This document shows positions 47,519 through 56,800 of a stretch of DNA of 64,000 nucleotides, piece by piece. This stretch comes from a virus. The DNA lies in IMG/VR virus record IMGVR_UViG_3300002029_000005. The stretch is one strand, 5' to 3'. How positions within the stretch are numbered: the first letter of the stretch is position 1; each line of letters opens with the position of its first letter. Position numbers and translations under genes: made by a program. The notes beneath the pieces were generated by a model. It ran no database searches. It saw only the letters and a program-made list of their open reading frames with translations, and was not told the origin of the DNA.

Positions 47519-47615
47519 GCTTTGGCTTATAACTACTTATTTTACAAGCATAGCTCATCCATCGCCGCGCAGCTATTAAGTAAGCCCAGTTTGCTGAAAA
47601 CAAAAGCATCAGAAT

Positions 47616-48059
47616 TTAAACTTGCTGCAAGCTGATCGAATACCTAGGCGTACCATCAGCCCTGCTAACTTCCTCAATATAGTTCTTAGCTAGAACAGAC
47701 CTAACGCCATCCTGCAACGTCGCTACAAGCTTACTGCGATCACCATCTTGAAGGTTTAACCCGCGCTTATCACACAATACATCGGCTATCTCTGGAATGC
47801 TCAGTGGTTCTGGTGATTCGCGCAGGGTGTCAACGATAGCTCTGCCACGTTCGCCAGATTCAAAGAACCGGTTTGCAGCGCGTTTACGAACTGGCTTGAT
47901 GTCCTTAACTTTATATTCGGGGTCGAATAGTAGTATGGCGCTATCGAGGGTGTGAATCTCGCCTTTAAGCTGGATCATTTGCTGGCGTAGTTGCTCTAAA
48001 TCACCACTCAACCGCGCACGCTTCTTTACTAATCCGCTTATAACGTAACTATCGCCCAA
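47616..48059 (-). CDS. Coiled-coil plus winged-helix-like hypothetical protein
   Basis: SYVISGLVKKRARLSG...LDSAILLFDP...LRESPEPLSIPEIA; GGAGA RBS before TTG. Confidence 0.65.
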   Translation of the reverse strand: MGDSYVISGLVKKRARLSGDLEQLRQQMIQLKGEIHTLDSAILLFDPEYKVKDIKPVRKRAANRFFESGERGRAIVDTLRESPEPLSIPEIADVLCDKRGLNLQDGDRSKLVATLQDGVRSVLAKNYIEEVSRADGTPRYSISLQQV

Positions 48060-48117
48060 TAAAAATCTCCGGTTGGTTTAGGTAGCTATATAATGGTGAT
48101 TAACCAAGCCGTTTTCT

Positions 48118-48552
48118 TTGTGCAACTGCTACATAATTCCGCACGAATGTATATTATGGCCTTATAAACTATATGGCGGATACGGGAAAACCACCTACCA
48201 GGGTTTTGTTACTGGAGCGCATAGAATTTCTTTGGCTTTATATCAATCTATAGACCTGCCTGTTAAATCTGTTTCGTGTCTACATAAATGTCCGACTGGA
48301 TCTAATCCCGCGTGCATAAATCCACTACACCTGTCTTGGGGTGACGCCAAAGAAAATATGCAAGATATGTTGCGCGAATCGAGAAATGTTCCGCTACTTG
48401 GTGAAGCAAACCCATCATCTGTATTGTGTGAATCTGATGTAATTAGCATACGTGAAGGTAATTGTTCAGCAATTGACGCTGCATTGGAGCATGGAGTTTC
48501 TGTTGGAACCATATACCATATACGTAGACGGAAAACGTGGAAACATTTGTGA
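48118..48552 (+). CDS. HNH (His-Me finger) endonuclease
   Basis: CILW...GYG...AHRIS...CLHKC...NPACINPLHLSWGDAKENMQD plus C-terminal HTH; start uncertain. Confidence 0.85.
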   Translation: MCNCYIIPHECILWPYKLYGGYGKTTYQGFVTGAHRISLALYQSIDLPVKSVSCLHKCPTGSNPACINPLHLSWGDAKENMQDMLRESRNVPLLGEANPSSVLCESDVISIREGNCSAIDAALEHGVSVGTIYHIRRRKTWKHL

Positions 48553-48601
48553 TGGCTTCGCGTGTGCGTGTTAGAGCTGTGTTTTGTGCAGCTTAATTTA
48601 A

Positions 48602-48735
48602 GGGTTGCGCCGAATGGCTCGGTGATGCTCTCCAGTAACGGCTTGGTTGCGCTGTCTAGTTGCCAGGTATCGAGCTGGCCGGGGCAGACTCTCGCGTAGC
48701 AAATAGGATGGTTCGATTCCATCTGCGATCCACCA
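48602..48735 (+). ncRNA. Non-canonical tRNA-like RNA (134 nt) with an alanine-type acceptor
   Basis: GGGTTGC/GCGATCC acceptor with G3.U70, discriminator A, encoded CCA; T-arm GATGG-TTCGATT-CCATC; ~55-nt extra arm. Confidence 0.75.
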
Positions 48736-48740
48736 AATAC

Positions 48741-48761
48741 AAAAGGCCGCATTACGCGGCC
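48741..48761. terminator. Hairpin between convergent transcripts
   Basis: GGCCGC-ATTAC-GCGGCC preceded by AAAA (U-tract on the minus strand). Confidence 0.55.
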
Positions 48762-48840
48762 AATTGCTCCTATCAAAGTATCGCTATCATCCAGCAAGTG
48801 AAAGCCACTGCGAACGCTAAATTAAAACAGGTTCTTAAGC

Positions 48841-49086
48841 TCATATCACGCAACCCTCTTGAACATTCGCCCAACACGCTCTAAATCGCCTGAGTCCACT
48901 AGCTGAGACTGCACGGTTTGGATGTTTTTGTCTCCCTTGATGCCATACTGCTTGGCTATCGAATAAGTGAGCTTCTCCAATTTCCCGCTGCGTAAATCTC
49001 CCGCAATTTGATTGCGTATAGCGTCGCGCCACGCGTAATCTGGCAGCTTGTATTGATGATTGTTTGCCGCTTTCGTTGAGTTGCAT
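48841..49086 (-). CDS. Hypothetical protein (possible HTH)
   Basis: Starts 2 nt after the upstream stop; FTQREIGEA segment. Confidence 0.4.
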   Translation of the reverse strand: MQLNESGKQSSIQAARLRVARRYTQSNCGRFTQREIGEAHLFDSQAVWHQGRQKHPNRAVSASGLRRFRACWANVQEGCVI

Positions 49087-49087
49087 A

Positions 49088-49855
49088 TTACGCCCTCCCG
49101 CCTGCTACAGCTTTCAGGTTTGGGGCTTGTGGCTTTTTTGATTTACTGGCTCCATTGTCGTCTTTTGCGCGCTGTGTTGTTGCATTAGCACCCATGAGAA
49201 GCCCTGCGACGAACGGTATAAGGTCCAAAAGAATACTGGCAAGTAAAGCGATACGGGTTGGCGTTATACCCACCACCGCCAAGCGACTGAATGCTTGCGC
49301 GACAGGCGAACCGTCACCAGCGTCTCGCGCCCGCTCTACCTGCTCGATGATGCGGCGATTATCACTGTGTAGCGATTGGATGTCTTTTGCCCAACTATCC
49401 CTTTTGCTGGCCCATCGAACAGCGTCCCGGCCATCGATTTGCGCCTGTTTTGCCACTATCGCGTCTTGGTTGGCTTTTAGCGCTGACTCCAGGGCCACAA
49501 TTTTTGGGCTGGTGTTAATCTGCCCCTGAATCGCTGTGCCGGTAGTATTGAGTATTGATAGGCTTGATGTGGATGCGCTGAATAACACAATTACCACCCA
49601 AACGACCAACCCCATAAAAGCAGCGAATCCTTGGTCATTGCGAAAAGCGTACCCAGTTAATAACCCGATAATCGGGCTGCTGAAAATGATACAGCAACCC
49701 AGAGCAAGCATCACAAAGCCGTCGTTGCCATGCCCCATGCTTTGCAAGAACCGTCCGGCCTGCATACTTGATACGAATAAAGGCGCGATGATACACACCG
49801 GCCACGTTAAAGACTTGAGGCCGATACCGACCTGCGCTATAGTTTGCGCGCTCAT
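49088..49855 (-). CDS. Membrane protein (3 TM, coiled coil, 1 TM)
   Basis: Hydrophobic segments at aa ~15-100 and ~200-222; GGAG RBS. Confidence 0.7.
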   Translation of the reverse strand: MSAQTIAQVGIGLKSLTWPVCIIAPLFVSSMQAGRFLQSMGHGNDGFVMLALGCCIIFSSPIIGLLTGYAFRNDQGFAAFMGLVVWVVIVLFSASTSSLSILNTTGTAIQGQINTSPKIVALESALKANQDAIVAKQAQIDGRDAVRWASKRDSWAKDIQSLHSDNRRIIEQVERARDAGDGSPVAQAFSRLAVVGITPTRIALLASILLDLIPFVAGLLMGANATTQRAKDDNGASKSKKPQAPNLKAVAGGRA

Positions 49856-50050
49856 AGATAGACTCCTTACAGTCTGTTGGATTGAGTCGTAAGCCGCTAC
49901 CCTGCTCTGTGTGCAACCACTTTGCAGGGGCTTACGTTACGGGCTTTGTGCCCGCCCTACCCTTAGCGCTTTTTGTGCCAAATTCTTTAGTATTTTAATT
50001 TCACCGCCTATACAGCCTTGTTTTTACTCAAAGTTTATGATAGGTGCATT

Positions 50051-52105
50051 CTAGGCCGTTAACTCAAACTCCCAACTAACCTGCGGCGATACCTGGCCAT
50101 TCCAGTTGGATTTAAACATACCACGATTGCCGTCAAATCGAGCGGCGCCACGAGGACCGCCATTGAACCCACGGTGGTGCATTATATTCTGGTAGCAGGC
50201 TGCAATATTCTGGTATTCATCCCGCACAATGCTGGATGCTGGCACCAGATTTCGTGAATCATTAATTGATCGCGTGTCGCTTCCGAACGTGCTTGTTGTG
50301 ATAGTTTCGGAAGTAGGGCTGCCAGATGGCTCCAGCTTGACAAAAACGATGCCATTAGCGTTGTAGCTCGCCATAGCGAGATTACGCTCACCTGTAACCG
50401 GCGATGAATGACCATTATCACCACTCGAACACCAACTGACCGCGCCATCTTTAACCCGGACGAACCGGGAAGGGTTGCCGACCATGAATATCCAATCATC
50501 ACCGGCCGTATCCAGTACCATGCAATCATGCTCTGACCACTCATGTACTAGCCGTGGATTCTCTAACGCAGTTGAACTGGGGTTTATCTCGTACGCCCAC
50601 CAGCGCCGAAAGTTATCATTTGCCACATTTCCATCAATGAGCGCTTGCATAACCAAAAAATACTTACCGGTCATTGATACCGTGCATAGGTTGTAATTGG
50701 CTGGTATCGTTATCAGGTTACTCATTCGATTATTAACGATGTCGTACACGCCACATTGCGAATTATCAGCAATAGGGATGTAGCGACCATCCAGCGACAT
50801 ATTGCCTTCATCAGTACCAATGGTTGTGCGATTGGATGGTGCATTTGTTTGGAACCCGAAATCAGCCATGTCTCTAATTACCTGCTGATTCGTACCGTCT
50901 GCATTTGCGCTTCGTAAAACGGTATTGTCAAAATGGAATCCATACGACTTATTGTCACTTTGTGAAAACGTGCTTTTTGAAAATGGGTGATTTCGTACTA
51001 CGTTGAGCGTTTCAGCATCCATTACAGCGGATGCCACCTTTAAGAAATCACCGTTTCCGCTATAGGTGTCATTGCGGTTTGAGTAACCGTGTGTTGGGTC
51101 GTTGTTCTGGTAATTCTGCGAAAACTCACCCTGCACCGAAACCCTGCGAAATCTAACTTTTGGGTGTAATTGAATAAAATTTCCGCTCTTTGGCAATACA
51201 GCGTTTTGTGAATCTGAAGGCGCTCCAAGCGTTGATACGAAATCCGGGCCTAAGTGATTGCTCGTTACAGCCACCTCATCTATATCAACGAACTTAGTAG
51301 CCAATCCCAAGCCGTCTGCAACATCCTGCGAGCTTCCCCATGTCAATGTAGCGTTATCAACATTCGGCACGCTCCATGTGTAAACATTTATTTTCCCTTC
51401 GCTTGTCTCAAACTGTATATTGTTTCCGACGTTATCGCTCAAGCCTTCAATGTTCTGAGTTAGCCTAGTTCCATCGAGCTTAACCCAATCGAGCCTTATA
51501 GTGACTTGAGTTCCTGCCGTTGGCGGCAAGGATGCAAGCGTCTGTGTGTTGTGGTCATATATAGCAAAACTAGCTTCTGATGCAGCTTGATCGAATTCGC
51601 TACTTGCAAATGATGTGTATGTGTAGAACTTGCTCTTAATTCCAGACCCATCGTCATAATTAAGCGTGACGTGAAGTATTCCAGCGTTTTCAGGCAATTC
51701 ACTTATATTAAACCCCGTTGCATTTTGCAGGGCACCGGTATCATGATGATCACTTAAACCCTCTTGCGAACCCACGAGAATAGCGACAGGAATGTTTGAC
51801 GGATTACTAATGCCGAATATTTGAGAGCTTCCTGTAAGCGCCGATTCGTTGGCTGGTGATACTATCGATGGCGCGGTGACAACTTCGCCTGAATCCGTAA
51901 TTTTTTCTCTTCTTATTACTGTGTTTCCGTCCTGCACGCCTTCAATATAAATATCTGCCGGTAGCGTTATGGCGTTATCGTCAAACGTGAATGTAAATCG
52001 CCCATTAGTGATAGTTAGTGTCGGGAGTACATCGACCCCGGCCACGGTTGCTGCTGTGAAATTATCCGCCGTTCCAAAGCTTACCGGCCCTGATATAGTG
52101 CCCAT
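50051..52105 (-). CDS. Virion protein with a C-terminal beta-propeller-like domain
   Basis: EGNMSLDGRY, TVSMTGKYFLV, RFDGNRGMFKSNW blade-like motifs; last gene of the tail operon. Confidence 0.55.
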   Translation of the reverse strand: MGTISGPVSFGTADNFTAATVAGVDVLPTLTITNGRFTFTFDDNAITLPADIYIEGVQDGNTVIRREKITDSGEVVTAPSIVSPANESALTGSSQIFGISNPSNIPVAILVGSQEGLSDHHDTGALQNATGFNISELPENAGILHVTLNYDDGSGIKSKFYTYTSFASSEFDQAASEASFAIYDHNTQTLASLPPTAGTQVTIRLDWVKLDGTRLTQNIEGLSDNVGNNIQFETSEGKINVYTWSVPNVDNATLTWGSSQDVADGLGLATKFVDIDEVAVTSNHLGPDFVSTLGAPSDSQNAVLPKSGNFIQLHPKVRFRRVSVQGEFSQNYQNNDPTHGYSNRNDTYSGNGDFLKVASAVMDAETLNVVRNHPFSKSTFSQSDNKSYGFHFDNTVLRSANADGTNQQVIRDMADFGFQTNAPSNRTTIGTDEGNMSLDGRYIPIADNSQCGVYDIVNNRMSNLITIPANYNLCTVSMTGKYFLVMQALIDGNVANDNFRRWWAYEINPSSTALENPRLVHEWSEHDCMVLDTAGDDWIFMVGNPSRFVRVKDGAVSWCSSGDNGHSSPVTGERNLAMASYNANGIVFVKLEPSGSPTSETITTSTFGSDTRSINDSRNLVPASSIVRDEYQNIAACYQNIMHHRGFNGGPRGAARFDGNRGMFKSNWNGQVSPQVSWEFELTA

Positions 52106-52107
52106 GG

Positions 52108-52338
52108 CTAACCAACCTCTACTGAATCAATGGAAAAATCAAACTTACCAACGGCGCCAGTTTCACCGCCATCGATCAATGATGATATCTTTGCACGCTC
52201 TTTACTTAAAGCATCAGCAATCACTTGACATGATTCAGGATTAATTCCTTCCTGCTCCGCACCTTCCTTAGCTAGCCATTGCGCGTGTTTAACTACCTTA
52301 TCAAGCGCTTTAAAGTCATCCAGTTTTGTGCGTGCCAT
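52108..52338 (-). CDS. Hypothetical protein
   Basis: Tail operon ORF. Confidence 0.55.
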   Translation of the reverse strand: MARTKLDDFKALDKVVKHAQWLAKEGAEQEGINPESCQVIADALSKERAKISSLIDGGETGAVGKFDFSIDSVEVG

Positions 52339-52345
52339 TAGCTTA

Positions 52346-52861
52346 TTATTCCTGTGATTGAGTTGCGTTTAACTTAGCGGTTAGTTGCTTTTTATTAGTT
52401 CTTCTGTATAACTCTACTTGGCGCACATTTTCATCGATAGCCGCGAGTATTGCGCCACTGGCCTCCCATGCCGTTGATTCGTCAACAGAAACATCGATAG
52501 CCATATCCTTGTATTGATCTTTGATTAAATCAAAGTCCTGTGCATCGCTAAGCTCTTGCGTTGGGAACGCTTGCCTATAGCGCCACGCATCGAACTGCTT
52601 TGCTGAATATGCCTGCGGGTTCTTTAGCTGTTCCAGTTTAACGAGCTGTTTCTCGATATCTTTTAGCTTTGCATAAGCCAAAGCCGCTGGATGCTGATTG
52701 GCAAGCCACTCGGATTCAAACCAACGTATTGTAGATAGATCTGTTTCGTCCGTTACATCACACGGACCAGCGCCCTTAGCAATAAAATTCTCCGCCGCAT
52801 AGCCTGTAGCTATAATCCAATGGATTTTTGAGTCATCTGGCGGATTTACTAATCTACCCAT
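52346..52861 (-). CDS. Hypothetical protein (possible fibre chaperone)
   Basis: Tail operon ORF, coupled. Confidence 0.55.
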   Translation of the reverse strand: MGRLVNPPDDSKIHWIIATGYAAENFIAKGAGPCDVTDETDLSTIRWFESEWLANQHPAALAYAKLKDIEKQLVKLEQLKNPQAYSAKQFDAWRYRQAFPTQELSDAQDFDLIKDQYKDMAIDVSVDESTAWEASGAILAAIDENVRQVELYRRTNKKQLTAKLNATQSQE

Positions 52862-53885
52862 TTTCTTCTTGTCCGCGTGTTCTGATATTCACATAAGCGC
52901 CATCATGCGATAACGCCCACTCCGTTGGTCCGCTCGGATTAAATCGACTCTTTGCGTAGAATATGACCTCGGCTTGATCGTAATCAAAATAAGATATAGA
53001 CCCGGTAGACATGCCTTTTACGTGCTGCTCGCCAGTCGATGCGCTATTTTCCGGGCTTCCTGTCAAATTCCCTTGATAGGATGTGATTTCTTCGCTGTCG
53101 TACGTTCCTGTTCCTTTGCGCCTGAGCTTTAGCATTAGGCCGATAACAGGCGCTTCGGTGATGCTCGATATGCTTCCGCCATATTCTCCTGAAAGAACGA
53201 AATCGTACTCAACAGCGAAGCGCTCACCTTTTCTAATTGACACCGGCAAAGTGCGCAGATACCACAACCGCCTATGCTGCTTAACGGTGAATGTATGTGT
53301 CGTTCCACCATCTATAAACTGTTTGGGTATTTCCTCAATATCGAGTGTCAAATCTGTTTTGCTGCCTCCGTTCTCGATAATTATCGGGTATTTTTTCTCA
53401 TATCGATTGTGATTTTCAACGTTTGAAATAATCACAAACCCACTGGGCGCTTTGCATATAATGCAGATATCCAGATAAGGGGCAACAAGATCATCAGGCG
53501 GCTGCTCGATAATGCTGCGACGAACAAATTCCCCCTCGTTCGTTCTGAATGGAAACCACTTCTCTTTATTGCCAGATGTTAGAACTCGGCTATTCCATAC
53601 TACATTTACATTGTTATCGACAACATCCAGCAGTCTTACCTGAACTGTAACCCCTTCGAATCCGTTGTCGCTCGCATTCAGGTTTGCGCTGTTTACATGC
53701 AAGGTTGTTTCGCTTGGAATCACCGCTGTCTGTGTTAATGGGTACGCGTAGAACATGCAAGAGCGTAAGCCGCCGCCTCGCGCTGACAACTTGCACGCGT
53801 AACTGCCATTAGGACCAAAGTTACCAAATTCGGCCCACGATGGCCTGCTACTTATATCTTGCGCTGGGTAGTACGGATGGCTCAT
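52854..53885 (-). CDS. Tail-associated beta-sandwich protein
   Basis: 343 aa following the hub protein. Confidence 0.55.
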   Translation of the reverse strand: MSHPYYPAQDISSRPSWAEFGNFGPNGSYACKLSARGGGLRSCMFYAYPLTQTAVIPSETTLHVNSANLNASDNGFEGVTVQVRLLDVVDNNVNVVWNSRVLTSGNKEKWFPFRTNEGEFVRRSIIEQPPDDLVAPYLDICIICKAPSGFVIISNVENHNRYEKKYPIIIENGGSKTDLTLDIEEIPKQFIDGGTTHTFTVKQHRRLWYLRTLPVSIRKGERFAVEYDFVLSGEYGGSISSITEAPVIGLMLKLRRKGTGTYDSEEITSYQGNLTGSPENSASTGEQHVKGMSTGSISYFDYDQAEVIFYAKSRFNPSGPTEWALSHDGAYVNIRTRGQEENG

Positions 53886-53887
53886 GG

Positions 53888-56800
53888 CTAAGGCATATTA
53901 AATATAAAGGGCGAACGCACATCTTGCGCGGGTTGCCCTGATGAATTCTCAACGTAAGGCGATATGCTCGGTTCATCACTGTAGTGCGATGGCGCGGTAA
54001 CACTCCATCTGCCATCTGCCTGTACGGCAGCGAGCAAAGCACCATCGTCATGCGCTATAAATATCTGCCTACCTTGCTCTACAAGAGTAGTGGCTCCTGA
54101 TATGGTTGGTCCGTTGATTGTGTTTCCATTAACCACGTTATCCACTGTCAGCGTCGGGGCGTTGCTACTACTTCCGCCGCCATCAGAGCTACCATCGCCT
54201 GTTGTTCCAGATACAGTTAGTGGTAATGATTTATTGCCACTAACTGACACGCTTCTCAGCTCAAACGCATATGACGTTTGCGGCATTAAATCAGTCATGT
54301 TGTAGCTATGGGTTCCAATTGCAACGGTTGTTAGGATAGCACCATCACGCGATACCTCGTATCCCGTTAAACCGTCCGTATTGCTTTCAGGCGGTTGCCA
54401 TGTCAGTTCACCATTGGTTTCGCTGAATATCGATATTTGCAGATTTCTTGGCTGCTGTACGGTTGTATCTGTAACACCACCTGCGCCGCTGCCAGTATTT
54501 GCATCACCAACATCACCATTGGTGGTTATTGTGGTCTCAATAGTGTTTGATATTTCACCGTCTGCGTTGACTGAGCGAACGCCTAGCGTATGCTCTGTTC
54601 CAGATGCAAAACCACTTGTAAAATACGATTTACCCGTTGATAGCTCAACAAGAACACCATCGACAAAAACCTCATAACCAGTGATATTAGTTGAATCGTC
54701 TGGAAACTCCCAAAACAATTCCACGGATGTGCGTGAATAAACCAGAGCGTTAACTTGTATGGGTGGCGATAAATTAAATCGGAGAAATTCAAATCCCTGG
54801 CTAACGGAATCAATGCTAAATGTAAATATTGACTGTCCGCTTTGTGCCACAGGAAATACTGGCAGTTGGTTCGGATCACCTGAGAAATACCAAAAGTGCT
54901 CGCCACGCTGCGAATTAACAAAATTCGGATCACCTAATCTCTCATCACCTAATTGCACGCCGTCGCGTGAGAAGATAGTATCTTCACCGCTGGTATTAAG
55001 CTCCCAAGTGACACGTGCTACAGGGTCGCGCCATAGATCACCATTCTTATACCTGCCCTCCGCTGGTCTGTCCGGCGAATTAAAAACACGAACACCTTCA
55101 CCGTCCCGATAAGCTTTTAACAGCCATTGATATGTCACGTACTCATTAGGCCAATCAACTAGCGTCCATTCACCGTTATTTCGAAGTATTCTGGCAATGG
55201 GGAATTGATCGGTAGATTCCAGTTGCGATTTCGTTATAAGAAAATCACCATAGTCTGCATTGCTTGGCGGCGTATCCCCAATGTGCAGTTTTATAACGCC
55301 ATCACGTTGGTTTGCAAATGCGCGATCCTCTGGAAGCAGTATTTTCTGCTGAACTTTCTCATTTGCAGGAATAAACTGAACCCTAGCGGCGGCTTCACGC
55401 ATATTCGCTATGGTGTAATTACTGTATCCTGATCGATAATTTCCATCCCGGACAACGATGCCGTTGGATTCGATAACTGGCGAATCCCTATCAACTTTGG
55501 CGTTGACTATTTCGCCGCCCATAGCCATTTCACCAGTCATGCACAGCACGTTAGAATCCGTTAAAATCGGCGATGGCCAGTTTCCATCCACCAACCACAA
55601 CAATCCGCCCGGACGCCCACCACCACCGCGAGAACGTAAAATATTCACGTCTTCATCATAGGTATCGAGATCGGGTTCAGCTGGTCCGCCGCTGGTTATG
55701 ATTTGGCCTGTACAGCTACCACCCCACGAAACAATCAATAGACCGCCGCCACCGCGCCCGCCCTTGAGTCCATTACGACCCAGTATCACTATTGGGCTTT
55801 TTGTCGGAGCTGGTTTGCCGTCGCCCTGAACTTGATTAACAAGCGGCCTGCGTTGCGCATCATGGAATGAGCTGCGACCAGAACCATCACCAGCACTGCC
55901 ACCCAAATCCAAAGGCAATCCAACCAATTTATCGTCATGGATAGCGATATCATAGACAGGTAATCGAGCGTAAAAGCCGGTTTTTACGTGGGATAATGGA
56001 ATTATTGATGATCGCCTTATCGGGCCTCTGGAAAAATGTTTAGTATTTTGAGCGCGCCCATCGTAATAGGTTTGCACGCTTCTGATAGTTCCATTTGCGA
56101 GAGTAGGGGCAAACAAAACCCCAGTATCGCCGACACGTTCTGGCGTGGATGATGTCGCGCCTTCTCCGCCCTCATAGTTGCTTCTACCTGAAACATCAAT
56201 GATCGTCCGATTAACAAAAGGCCCGTAAACATAGATACTTGGGTACAGCCCCTGGCCAGTTATATTTACATTTAATGCATTTGAAAACTCTAAGCCACTG
56301 CCATCTTCATCTGCATCAACATAATAATACTTGAGGCCCATTTGGAGCGTGATACTGCCTGTCGCCACACCATTATTAATCACTATACCTGGCAGCGTAG
56401 CTATATCTATACCGTCACGCCGGTATTCTTCAGCAGGTAGATTATGGTCATTTATCGTGCTCAACTGCGACTGCGCAATCTGCAACGTACCAACAACGGT
56501 ATATGTAGTTGTATTGGTAGATCTATTCAGCGACCACCCGACAACCATCACCGAGCGGTTAATTGTTTGCGCGCCTGCTGTTGTGTCATCTGGAATATAG
56601 TCGTATTTGATAGTGACTATTTCACCGATCTCTATGCCGTTTAAATGGCTCTCTACAGCAGTGCCAAGCTTTTCATAGAACAGCAGCTCGCCATACTGCT
56701 GACCTAGCTCTTTAATTTGAGCGTTAGAGTGCAGCCCCGCATGGATGCCTCGACGCTCAATAAACTCATTGTCCTCTGTTTTATTGTAATCAGCGGAGTC

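Noticed and set aside
48602-48735. Conventional tmRNA (ssrA) or canonical tRNA-Ala/Trp call
   Set aside because: 134 nt with no tag ORF; anticodon stem has two mismatches; D-arm lacks linker bases. Kept only as tRNA-like
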